64,000 bases of DNA, taken from positions 24,988,001 through 25,052,000 of the forward strand of contig CM119371.1 in NCBI GenBank assembly GCA_051294905.1, read 5' to 3'. The stretch comes from Botryllus schlosseri (taxonomy: Eukaryota). Below, piece after piece: positions 13,701 to 25,700 of this stretch. The stretch's first letter is position 1. Every line of letters starts with the position of its first letter. A program made the translations under genes and the position numbers. The notes under the pieces were generated by a model, which was given only the letters and a program-made list of their open reading frames with translations, was not told where the DNA came from and made no database searches.

Positions 13701-16700
13701 CCAACCTATTAGTTGTCACGGACCGCTTTATACTAATTAATAATTCTGCGCGCCCCTGCATCAATTTTGCCTGAATCTCAAATAAGGTATATTTGACTAT
13801 CGTAATAATCATGCTATTCAACTAAACCATTGGTTCTCAAACTGGGGGTCTCGCCCCCCTTGGGGCGCGAGAAATTGGCAAAGTCTGTATGAATTCTGAC
13901 TAAACATCTGTTTTACAATCATTCTGAGGAGACGATTGTTGAAGAGAAACTTATTTCGTGTTCAAGAAAGCTCGCCATTTTCAAATTCCAGCAGTCGCGC
14001 TCAATGGAGTGTAAGCTGATTTCAACTTCATTTGAACAAATTTTTCGTATGCTTTGAAGATTTAGAGCAATTCCTCCGTGTAAGTTTGGGGAAATTTGCG
14101 AAAAAAGATAAATACTTAACTACTGGAATGCGGATTTAAACTTGGCGTAAGACATATTCCATGCGTATACTATTAGATCAGGAATGGGCAACCTGCGGCC
14201 GTAGAAGAAAATTCGTGCGGCCGTCAACACCTCATTCAATTAGTATAAGCTATGGCGGCCGTCGACATGCAAATGGAAATTACGAATTCATTCCCAATTT
14301 TTTGAGAGATTTTTATTAATATCGAAATTTTCTTCACGCTCCGCGCAATTCAGCATAGATTCATTTATCGATTTTATTATAGTAGCACCCTTCTCAATCT
14401 GAGCCGGAATTGGAATCGTGTGCTAGTCGCATAAAAAACAATTGTTTTTGGTAAATTTGGGCGATTTCAATATATTTCCACTACCGGTGCAAGCGACAAT
14501 CATAATGGGGAGTCAGGAAATAACAGCACGCAACAAAGTGACTAATAACAATTGGCCCACCCGAAGATGCATTATAATTTATGACTTGCCCCAAATTTTC
14601 GAAAGCACTCCCTCCATGAACCCTGCCGGTGAATCGGATCACATGGGCTGAGAAAGAATAAATATTTAATAGTAATGTGTGATACTGCTACTATTAATTA
14701 AGGAATTGATGCGCGAATCTGAAAAATTTTCGCGCTATGCGCGACAACATGCTATCCCAACAACCACTCATATATCTTTGCCACTCGCGGTTTCAGTGCA
14801 TACAATAGAATGAAAAGTAGAATAGCCCAGAGTTCACCGAAAATGGATATGAACAGATTAACATGTTTATTTTGCGTCCAGTTAGTTCATTACGACTATA
14901 TGCCCTGGAAGGCCGCCTTAGGCTACATAAGTAATCGAAATGCGGCCGTTATTAGCAAGAAGGTTGCCTACCTCTGTATTAGATGATGTGCTCTTTTTGA
15001 CATGACGATAAGAGCAGAGGGTCAGGGGGCGCAATTTTTTGACCATCGCCAGGGGGGAACATGCCCAAAAAGGTTGAGAACCGCTGAACTATACCGTGCT
15101 GTGTGAAATTGTCGTTCGACCGAACGAAAGTTGTATTCAACGTTTGGCATAGAATTGAATAAGCAATTGACTACAAAAATATAGAAACATCTATTCACAG
15201 CAACAGAATATGGCTAGAGGTCTTCAGCGGTAGTTTGCGCCTCGCACTGTTAGGACGTCAATAAAGGAATATTGTTGCCTTTCCTGAACTAAACAGTATG
15301 CTTTCTATTAAATTATTATTATTAATTTGGTTAAAGGTTGTAGTGGTGCTTATCTCCCTTAAGGGTCTGGTGCACCACGGTCTGAAATTACCTCCTGATA
15401 TAAGTGTGCAATGTAATTCAACCTCGGCTGTATACGAATCAAAACTCAAAGGATTCTACGACATGATAGTACGAATTCAGCCACAGTGGTTAATAGCTTG
15501 GGCTGGACCAAGAGGTTAATTAAATAATAGACAAGGCAATCATGATTTGACTGTAATCGACATGCGTTGTGGTAAATGTAGTAATGTAGTGTGGGGTCAA
15601 TGTCCACACTGTATGCAGCTGCATCAACTTGATGCCTACTCTGGCAAAGCTCATGAGGCTCGGGTGGCGATAAGAAGCCTTGATCAATCCCCCCACTTGA
15701 GAGTGGAATCTGGAGTCGACCTTGGTCGGACTCGAACCTGCGATCCATTGGCGTTGTAACAGAGTAACATACCGATATATCTAGACTCGCCACATTTAAT
15801 GAAATGCGTAGGCTATATATATCGACACTGCAGCTTTGTTTTGATGGTACCTGGTCGAGGTGACAGGCAGGGATTGATAATACTCTGGCCAAATTGGACG
15901 GAATTCACACCGTAAAGTATCTCCTGCTACGATTTGCTGTTGATGTTCTTTTCATTTCCTGGTATTTGAAATCGATTTCCATCCACATAAGTGTCATAGG
16001 CTTTTAGTTTAGACGATTCAATCACATCCGAGTTATAGCACGAACCTTTCCGGGTTTGGGATCCGTAACACAAGGCATACGGAGATTAAACGCATAGAGA
16101 TGTCCTGTAAAATCCTCCGTCACTTATACAGGGATCGGAATATAGAATTGGGTTTGGTCAGGCTCGATCGTGCACCCAATCGACGTGAAATACACGGACC
16201 TATACCCGATTTAAATAAGTGCCAATTCTATTAGTATCTGGAATATTACGTTATAACCACTTGAGGTGGCTTGAAATCATGGGATATTTCGCAGCTGAAA
16301 AGATTCCAACGTTTGAAATCCGTCCACAGTTGCCCGGAAGGAGGGAATTGTTCGTTGCCGGGGAATAGTATGGGAGGAAACTTTAGACCAGTGCAGCCTA
16401 TGGATGGAAGAGTGGCATCGTCGTTTGTAGATTTCAGTAAGTTTGTTCCGATTACCTGATAGGAACAGGAGATTCGTAGTTTAACAGACACGTTTCTCAG
16501 CAGTTATAATTGATACAGCGTCGTCTTTATAGCGGTTAAATGACACATTACCCAAAACATTACAGGTTACAACAAGATCGAAAGTCATGGATGGACGTAT
16601 GATGGCGCACTAACTGGTATGATATCAGATTTTGGTATAGCCTTTCTGGTGGGATATAATTTCCAAATCATTTTCTTGATATACTAGTATGCAATAAGTT

Positions 16701-19700
16701 TCATACCTGAAACTGGTCAGCATAAAAAAAGTGCGTATTATCAGTCCAACTTAAAAGCTGGTACACCAAAATGAGACGCGTGGTACGTTCGCCGTAAAAT
16801 TCCGTCTGAACTGATTGGTTTTGCTTATAACCACCGCCTAAAAACGGTGCGATAGCATAATGTTATGTCATAAAGTCCTGCTACTTGATAGGATACTATA
16901 TATTCGTTTAAACTAGGGTAGGCCAACCATTTTGGCCAAAGGGCTGCATGATATTTGCGAATCATTGAGAGTGCCACTTGAATGTTAGTGGTCCGAAAGT
17001 AGCAAACCGGATTACGTAACGATGAAAACAAGACTTATATTACTATGCATAAATATCTATAACAATTATGTCATGAAAATTCAGTGTGCATCGCGCACCC
17101 ATGACCTAACCGCGCGAAAATTTTACAAAGTTAATGAATGAGTTCGGCCAATACTAATATCACTTGCATATATTGATAGTCGCGGTCTTATGCCGCATGG
17201 CTCATTTGGCAAGGACAGGATTATTCGGTGCTTCGACATATAACTATCGAAGATTTCGGCGTACACGCGTCTATCATTTCGTGCAAAGGTTTCATCGCCA
17301 ACCATCTTTCTACAAGTTCAGAAAAGAACTATGATCCTGGATGACACGTTCTCTCATAATTAGGGTATAGTCAGACTCAATTCGGCATATTTTCGGAAGG
17401 GGATACTAAGAGCATAATATGGAGTAACAACAGCTCCCGCGAAGTGCTAAGAAAAATACCAAGTCAAATAAATCTACCACGAAAGGTTTACCTTTATGGT
17501 CATGTACGACGATCTACGAAAAGTGTGGGTGGCCCCAGGTTACGCCAATGCGTCGGAACTGATATTTAAGTCATCAACAACCCAAATTTCGTGATCAATA
17601 CGTTGAATGGGTAATTTATCATGTGATAATATAGCTAATTTCGGGATTTATCTCGCGGGTCACAAGTTTCCCCCCTGGTTTCAACATTGGGTCCGTTGCT
17701 ATTTCTTCTATATATTAACGATCTACATCGCGCAACATCTTTACATAGTGTTCTATTTGCTGACGATGCTTGTTTTTCTGGACACGCTAACTCCAAAGAA
17801 GAACTGAAGTACCAAGTCTCCCACGAGTTGAAAAAAAATCACTCGTGGATGACGAGAAACCGCCTCACAACAAACCCTGATAAAACTCAAATCATCCTTT
17901 TCCTTCCTCCGCGAATCCGCACCCAGCCAACCTTTTCCATTCCTTCCGGAAACTGCACTATCCTTCCTACTGAATCAGTCCGTTATCTTGGCATTCAAAT
18001 AGACAACAAGTTGTCATGGAAACATCACATCTATCTCGTCATCTCTAAATTATCTCGGGCCACCGGTATTTTGCATAGGCTAAAATATTTGTTATCGCGT
18101 AATGGTCTGCGGTCGATATATTTTTCAATCTTTCATTCACAATTACAATACTGTGTCAGTGTGTGGGGTCACACCCATTCTACATATCTTAAGCCCATTA
18201 TCACTCTCCAAAATAGTGCTATACGGGCACTAAGTGGTGTAGGTTTTCGTCGTAGATTGCTGCCAGAATACAAAAAACTCATAAAATACGAAACGGCAAA
18301 AATGATGCACAATATCTTCCATCATAATAGATCCTTCTTCGACAAACATTTCACTACTTTTGCCTCGGTACACTCGCACTTCACTCGTTCTGCCTCATCA
18401 AATGGTTTGTTACTTCCGCGTGTAGATAAATCGTCCTCCCAGAAAAGTTTCTATTATATTGGTGCCGCTACCTGGAACTCCCTACCAGAAGACCTCAGAG
18501 ATTTGCCCGATCATCTATTTAAAAAACGTTATCGGAAATATATATTAGATAAGTATAATTGATTATATGCCGATTTTGCAACTACTGTCTTGTTGTTGGA
18601 AAGTACCGTATAATCTACTCTATTGATCCTTTTCTGCACTGCTGTCTTGAAACTGTAATATTTATAGCTCGTGTATCCTTGTTGAATTTTTTTTCTCTGC
18701 TTTTCTTGTAGTTTTGTATATTTATTGTCATTTGTTTTGTGCCATTGAATGTAATGTGTATACTCCTACAGGTGGCGACTGTGTACTGAGGCCTTGCGGC
18801 CCCTCGTCGTCATCCTGGTCCGTACCGGATTTTCACTGGTGTGACAAATAAATGATTGATTGATTGATTGATTAAAGATTAGGTACATCTACATTTATGT
18901 ATTCCTCAAATCAACTACGAATCAGTTATGTGACGTATGGGGTCTGCAGGGATGTTAAAACTATAGTAATTGAATTGATTCAAGTGAAAATATTAATGCT
19001 GTACAATAAAACCTCTCTTAACTGTATAAATTTTCATTCTCAGAGGCACTTTAAGACTATTTTCAGTAGAAATGAAAAACTAAATGATTTATAGATTTTG
19101 AAGTACGCTAGATTGGCCTGTAATTATATACTAGACTTGAAATTAGTGAAACCTCTACCCAGTGGTTATCAACGGCCGGTCCGCAAAGCATTTTCAAGGG
19201 GTCCGCAATACCTCTAAATTTGTAAAATTATTGATAGCCCAATTTGTAAATTTTGAAACCATTGGGAAATCACAAAGCAGTTTCGATTCATAACTGCCAA
19301 ACTACAGTACTCACCTCAACTGAATGGCCGTCTGAGATGAAGTATCGTACTGTGCAAATTCAGTTCAATTTCCAATTTGCCAGTAGACTATTGATACAAA
19401 AATATTTGCTGTTTATAGATGTTTTGTTGGGGGTTTGTGAAAAAACCAAAAAGTTGTAGTAATAGGGTCAATCAGGTTAACTTAAATATGACTGCATAAT
19501 TTCTGGATTTTATGTTGTCAGTTTCAGCAAATTAGTGAACATTCGTTTGAAATTGTAATTCCTGGAAAATATTTCAGAATCTGTCCATATAAAGGGATTG
19601 AAGCCTCGCCACGAAATCCATTTTCTTCTGTGATAAACGTAGCGCCTAGTTCACAATACCTTCATCACTTCAAGAAATGCAGTTGCAGAATCCGCTTCGA

Positions 19701-22700
19701 AATAATCAAAGTGGTCCCAATTTCTACATATAGTATGATGTTATTTTTAATTAAGGTCGTTTTGCTGCTGTGAATTTGTAGCCTCAAGTTAATATTTACA
19801 CAGCACAGATGACGGTTGTACGATAATTGACCTAAATTTTATCTAAAACTTGTGGGGGTTCGTGACTGTCCAAAAGGGGTCCGCGATCACAAAAAATGAG
19901 ATCCACTGCTCCTGACAATATTCAAAAGCGCATGAAATATCAGTTTTAAAGTCTTATTCTTGATCGCATCGCATATTGTTAAATAGCATAAGTTTCGACC
20001 GGTATCTCATAACGCAACTTTCAGGTACATCGCGATGGTCAAAGGATTACCCCAACTGCGGTAAAAACTCCCAATCTCCCATTAATATCGATGAGAGCAT
20101 TGCTGCGAAACAGAATGATCCGGAAGATTTGAAATTTTCCGGATATGATGACGCGCTAAGAGGAACAGTCGTCAACAATGGCCACGCTGGTGAGATATTT
20201 AGCAACAAAAGAATCATTTTCTCGTGATGGACTTGGGTTTTATATGTACAAAATTAGTGACGAGATAGCTACCACAAACATTGAGATTGGACAGTAGATA
20301 CACTGGTAATGGTCTGAGCTCGGTTGATCTTCACAAAAGCGACGCTGTAAATGTTTGGATGGGCATTAATGATCAGGACAGATGCCTTTGTGAATGCCGA
20401 TATCTTACAAAAGTTCGATGAACCGCTATCAGAATTGCGTTGACCAGTCAGCTTCGGTGAACACGTTCAAAATTGTATACTTTGTATGCACCAGTGGAAT
20501 GTGGTGGCTTGAAAAATTTATTTGAAATCAAGTGAGTAATTGTCCCATATAAATCCAAAAGGTCTGCGGATTTTGCATGCGGTCTTGCGTTACATTGGAA
20601 AATGACATTTTTAGAATTAATAATCCCCTTCAGCTGGCCGTAACCGCACCAATTGCGTTTTACTGGACGTAACTTATTTTTTAGTGCAATTGAATTTCGA
20701 TCAAAGTTTGAACTATGTCGTCACCGGAGGTGGTACGGGGTCATCATACAAAGCGGTGCAGTTGCATTTTCATTGGGGAGAAGCTTTGGCCGATGGTACT
20801 ATCAATGGAGGCTCGGAACATACTCAAAATGGAAAAAGATACCCCGCAGAGGTAGGTCTACTTATTTTATATTGTCTTATTGTCTTATCTTCAGACCCGT
20901 CCGTAGACGGTGACGAACAAAATCGGTTTTATATAAAATATATTATAACGGAATTCAATGGTTACTCTCAATGTAAAAAGAAAAGTAATTAGTTTGGGAT
21001 GGAAACAAGTTGATCTGTACACCTGGAAGTAGTGTAAAACGTCAACACCTAAGCAATTACATAATTGAAGAGGTAGACAGACTACTTTGGAAAAAGTAGA
21101 AGTACTACGTCACTGACCATCTATCTATGATGATGGTGATCAGGATGACGACGTTTGAATATCACAGCATAGGCATTCTCGGGATCCTCTATAGAGCTTA
21201 ATTATGTTGCTTATTGCTAAAAATATTTACGCGCTAATAAATTTGTAAGAAGATGTACGGAGAAAACCAATATGATTTCATACATCTATACTGAGTGCAT
21301 TCTGAGACAAGGCTGATATTGCTTGAATTTAATAGCCCAGAACAGTGTACATATTGACTATTCTTTAGCCTTCAGATCCTGCCAAATCCCATACATAGCA
21401 TCAACTCGACCTTTGGTATATGCCGACTTTCACTAAAATAAGTTTTTATGTTCGATGATACAATTGTAAAACTCTTGTACGACTACCTCTGTAATTGCGT
21501 TTCCAATAAATCAAAAGAAAGCTTAATTTCGTGGCTTAACGGTCGGAATTCTCCACACCATCTCTATGTGCGAGTAGTTTTCCTACAATCAACGACCATA
21601 GCGATCACGCAGTAAACATCATTTTTATAACACGAATTTCTGGGTCATAAATTAGCCTTTCCAACGTGCTATTTTTGTATTTATTGTTTGAACAATAGAA
21701 CGAACTCACCGAGGGAACTGAATAATATATTGAGAACTTTGTCAGCCTTTTAAAATGATGTACATATTTTGATGGATTGGAATTAAATTTTTCATCTAGT
21801 GTTCGTGGTTAGTCCGGCAATATAGTCACTGTTATGCCTTCCACATTAACAACTACCAAACTAGTTTGTGAAATATTAATTGGTTTTATTCATTGCAAAT
21901 ATTTGTGTATTGAGACTTCGTTATAAACACGCCATGCATATAGGCCACCTCTGTCTTTATCCAACATAAATTCCCAATATTATCTATCGCACCATTTTCT
22001 TCGGATTACAGATGCACATCGTCCACGGCAAAGCATCGCATCTAAACGACTTGTCCACCTATAGAGATACGGCTTCTGACGCGTATTTGGTATTAGGCGT
22101 TTTCGTCGACGTCTACCACGATCCAGAGGGCAAAGATAACGATGCTGGCGCAAACGGCCTGGCACAAAGTCTGATTGATGCCATCTCAAAAGTTAGATAC
22201 GCAGGTATGAAGGCCAATACCATTAACATACCCAAACTTCCTCAAAGGCATGCTCTGAATGTAAACTTACAGACGACATCTGACGACATATTGCTATTTA
22301 CGACTACTACATTTCCGCAAAGTCTAAATAGGTACAATACTTGAGTGAGTAGGTATTCTTCTAATTAAATCTAATACATGATAATATCACATTTTCATAG
22401 TGTATTTCAGAAATATGATGGTTATACACAATGCTATTCACAAAGACTATAGAGACACACTTGTGTTGTTGACTTTCCCTGCATATGTGCGAATTCTCAT
22501 GTATGTAGACTTCTCCGCTCACCCACACATTATTCGTTGCTCCCCTTCGATGGATAAACACGAATTCCGATAGATGTTATTGGAATTTTCAGATCCTTGA
22601 AATGTCTTGTTATATATTAGTATTATTGTTAGTCGTTTATATGAGATATTTTGTAATTATAGTCATTAATCTGAACAGGTCTCGGTACCAGTAAGGTGTG

Positions 22701-25700
22701 ACTCGTGACGATGTGACCGAAAGAAATACATTCTCATCAAATTTCGTAGCAACTCGGTGGTACAATTCTAATGAAGTATTGTATTGGGGCGACCAGGGAC
22801 CCCTAGTCGCACCAAGAATTAGGGCTTCACGCACAGATAGTTCTGGTATTATGGGAGAACAGCTTGGCACAGCGCAACCCAATATCATTTGCGGTTTTAT
22901 CGGTAATAGCTAACTCTGCTAACTGCTTTGACCAAATAGCTCGAACTGCAACGCGAAATCTTCCAACACCGGGTGTGTCAAATTGCCAATCCCTGCTCAA
23001 TATGGGCAATGGAAATTAAGTGATGGCAGACTGACAGTGTGAATTTGCACAGCTTGGAAGTCCCGTTAAGGTTTTTTATAACTTACCGCTATACCGAGCA
23101 CCTATTAAAATTGCAAGCCTCTCTCATTCGCATGTATCGGTAATAGCATATGGATTTAGTGATTCAGAAATGGTAAACTAAGAATTAGCGAATATAACAC
23201 ACTATCACGATAATTACCGTAATATTTATATAAGCGAATATCGTTTTTGGTAGTATAAATATATTGCTGTGTTCCAGACGATACTGCAGAGTTGAACTAT
23301 GGTCAAAGTCTATCGTCCTTCATTCCGAGCGAAAAATCATTTTACCGGTACAATGGATCTCTCACCACACCACCGTGCTCAGAGAGTGTAATATGGACTG
23401 TTTTCAAGGATTCCATCGAAATATCCGTAAATCAGGTGGGAGTAATGTCGATAGTATCGCTTTTTGAGATCGAATGTCGTGCTTGCGTTGATCCCTATAT
23501 ATGGAGAAGCCATTCAAAGTAGCTGTTTGTTCATAGTTTGTGTTGTATAATTCACATTTATATAAGCTATTCTTGCTACAGAATTTAAATATTTTAATGA
23601 ACGAAACGTTAATTATGGTTCACTTATTCACTCTAATGCAGGGGTTCCTAAATTGTAATGACCGCAAACCCATTTCCAGGTTTGTCAGAGGTTGTGTGTC
23701 GTGTGTACCACCATACTGTTGTAAGACGTTGATTAATAGAAATAAAATGGTCTTCACCAAGCTGCGCAATCCCGATTGTAGAACTTAATGTCTGAAATGC
23801 TACGTACTGACTAAAAAGATCATAATATCCAGCTCAACTATGTTTATGCTCTTATATGTCTAAATTAAACTAGAGCCAGTGAGTAGAAAAGGCATTCATT
23901 TTCAATATTACCCTTTCACGGACCCCTAGATCTGGCTCGCGGACCCCAGTTTAGGTAGCAATGTTTTAGCCCTTTGAACTAACTCTCATCATGAGCTATC
24001 GTCAGTAAATGCGAAGGTTGGAATTTGCAATTTACAGATAGAATTGACATTTCTGCGGTAAATGGCATAATACAATAATAATAATTCAATAATAATAGGG
24101 ATATCGAGAACAGTAATAAATATTCATTTTAAATCATTTCGTCTCGTGTTATCAGAATATATTGGTATATGACCAGCGTCTGTCTAAAATGAAGAGTAAT
24201 GATGATCTGTTATATCTTTTCAAATATTAGAAAATATATTTGTAGGCTGCTTGTTACGCATTAGTGGGCATTTCAAAACTCTCCGCTCCATTCGCTATTC
24301 GTTTCTCCTGGCATAATTTAATCGATGTGACAGCACACCAGATAATGGTGTAACGATGGCTATTGCGCTATATATTAGATAAGCCAAAGCATCAGTAACA
24401 TTCTTTCCAGGAAATGGTTAACCATACTCTATAATATTTTATGCACAGTTCATGGCCCTGGAAAGATTGTTTTCATTTAAGAATGCCGATGTTACTGAGC
24501 GAAACAGCATCAAGAAGCTGAAGGACCTCGTGCTGGTCGACACCATAATAAATCAGGATGTAAATATTCATTATTTTCATTTTGTAAACAAGTCTCAATG
24601 GTTCATATTCATTTCTTTCAGGCACCAACGAGTTCATCGAATGCCACGAAGGTAAAATTCCGACGGTATCAAACATGATACTGACATAATTGAATTACAT
24701 TTACTCTCCCCACCATTGAAAATTAGATTGGAATAGCGAATGCGCTAAAATGCGTTTGTCTTGATGAATAAGTGATTGAGCGTATCAGGCTGTTTCTGCT
24801 CTACAGTATGCCCATGCCCATAAGTAACCTGCTGTGTTCTGAGACTGAACCCGAAGAGAGGATTGTCACGACGACATTGCCACAACTGTTTTCAATATAG
24901 TTCGAACACATGATATCAGGCATTTATAATTCTATATCTACGATATTAGATGGACATAGCAATTGCTGGTATGTATGGACATTCAACTTTAGCTGTCAGG
25001 AAATTCTACGGGAAGCTTCATGCGTTTCGATTAAAGATTAAACACGCTCCGGCAAGTTATCGACAAGGTAGCGTTATGGTGAAGCGTCCGGCTTGATCGG
25101 TAGGTAGTGGGTTCAATACCCGGTCGGGTCATATCAAAGACCTGATATCAAGTAAGACTGGTATCCATGGCTTCCCCGCTTGGCGATCAGCATTACGGGG
25201 ATAGCATGGAGGGGTGATGCAAGACTTCAAAATCTTTAAAAGGCTATTTCTGCACCTTGATTGTCCAGAGGCATATGCCCAACATTCGCTCATGGTATGC
25301 ATACACACAGATCATATGTATGTATATCATGAGTCGGTGTATATGCCGCAAAAACATCAGGGACAAAAATACATTACGTCATTTCCTTATCGCTGCTTAT
25401 ATTGAATTTAGTTAAAATATTTTAATACAGCTTTTAACAATGAAATCAAAATCATAATCATTGCGCCAGGTTGCAGATGGTACGAGTTCTATTCTACTTG
25501 AAGGCACGGCCAACCATCTTTTGCGAAACAATTACCGACCACTGCAAAGTTTGCATTCGCGACCAGTTACCTTTTACGACTTAACAGACAGCACTGTAAC
25601 AACAGGTAAATATAAGTATCTCAGTTTTACTGATCACTAGTGCCTGCACACCATATACTCAGTACACTATCTATAAGTATAGTTGTTCAAAGTAAAGTAA

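Noticed and set aside
15720..15793. Genuine tRNA gene (also 25062-25130)
   Set aside because: A/B boxes are present, but I could not fold a proper cloverleaf and each continues into a SINE-like body.
16436..20025. Two separate neighbouring CA genes
   Set aside because: No stop or TM after domain 1, no signal-peptide exon before domain 2, and an in-frame linker exon joins them.
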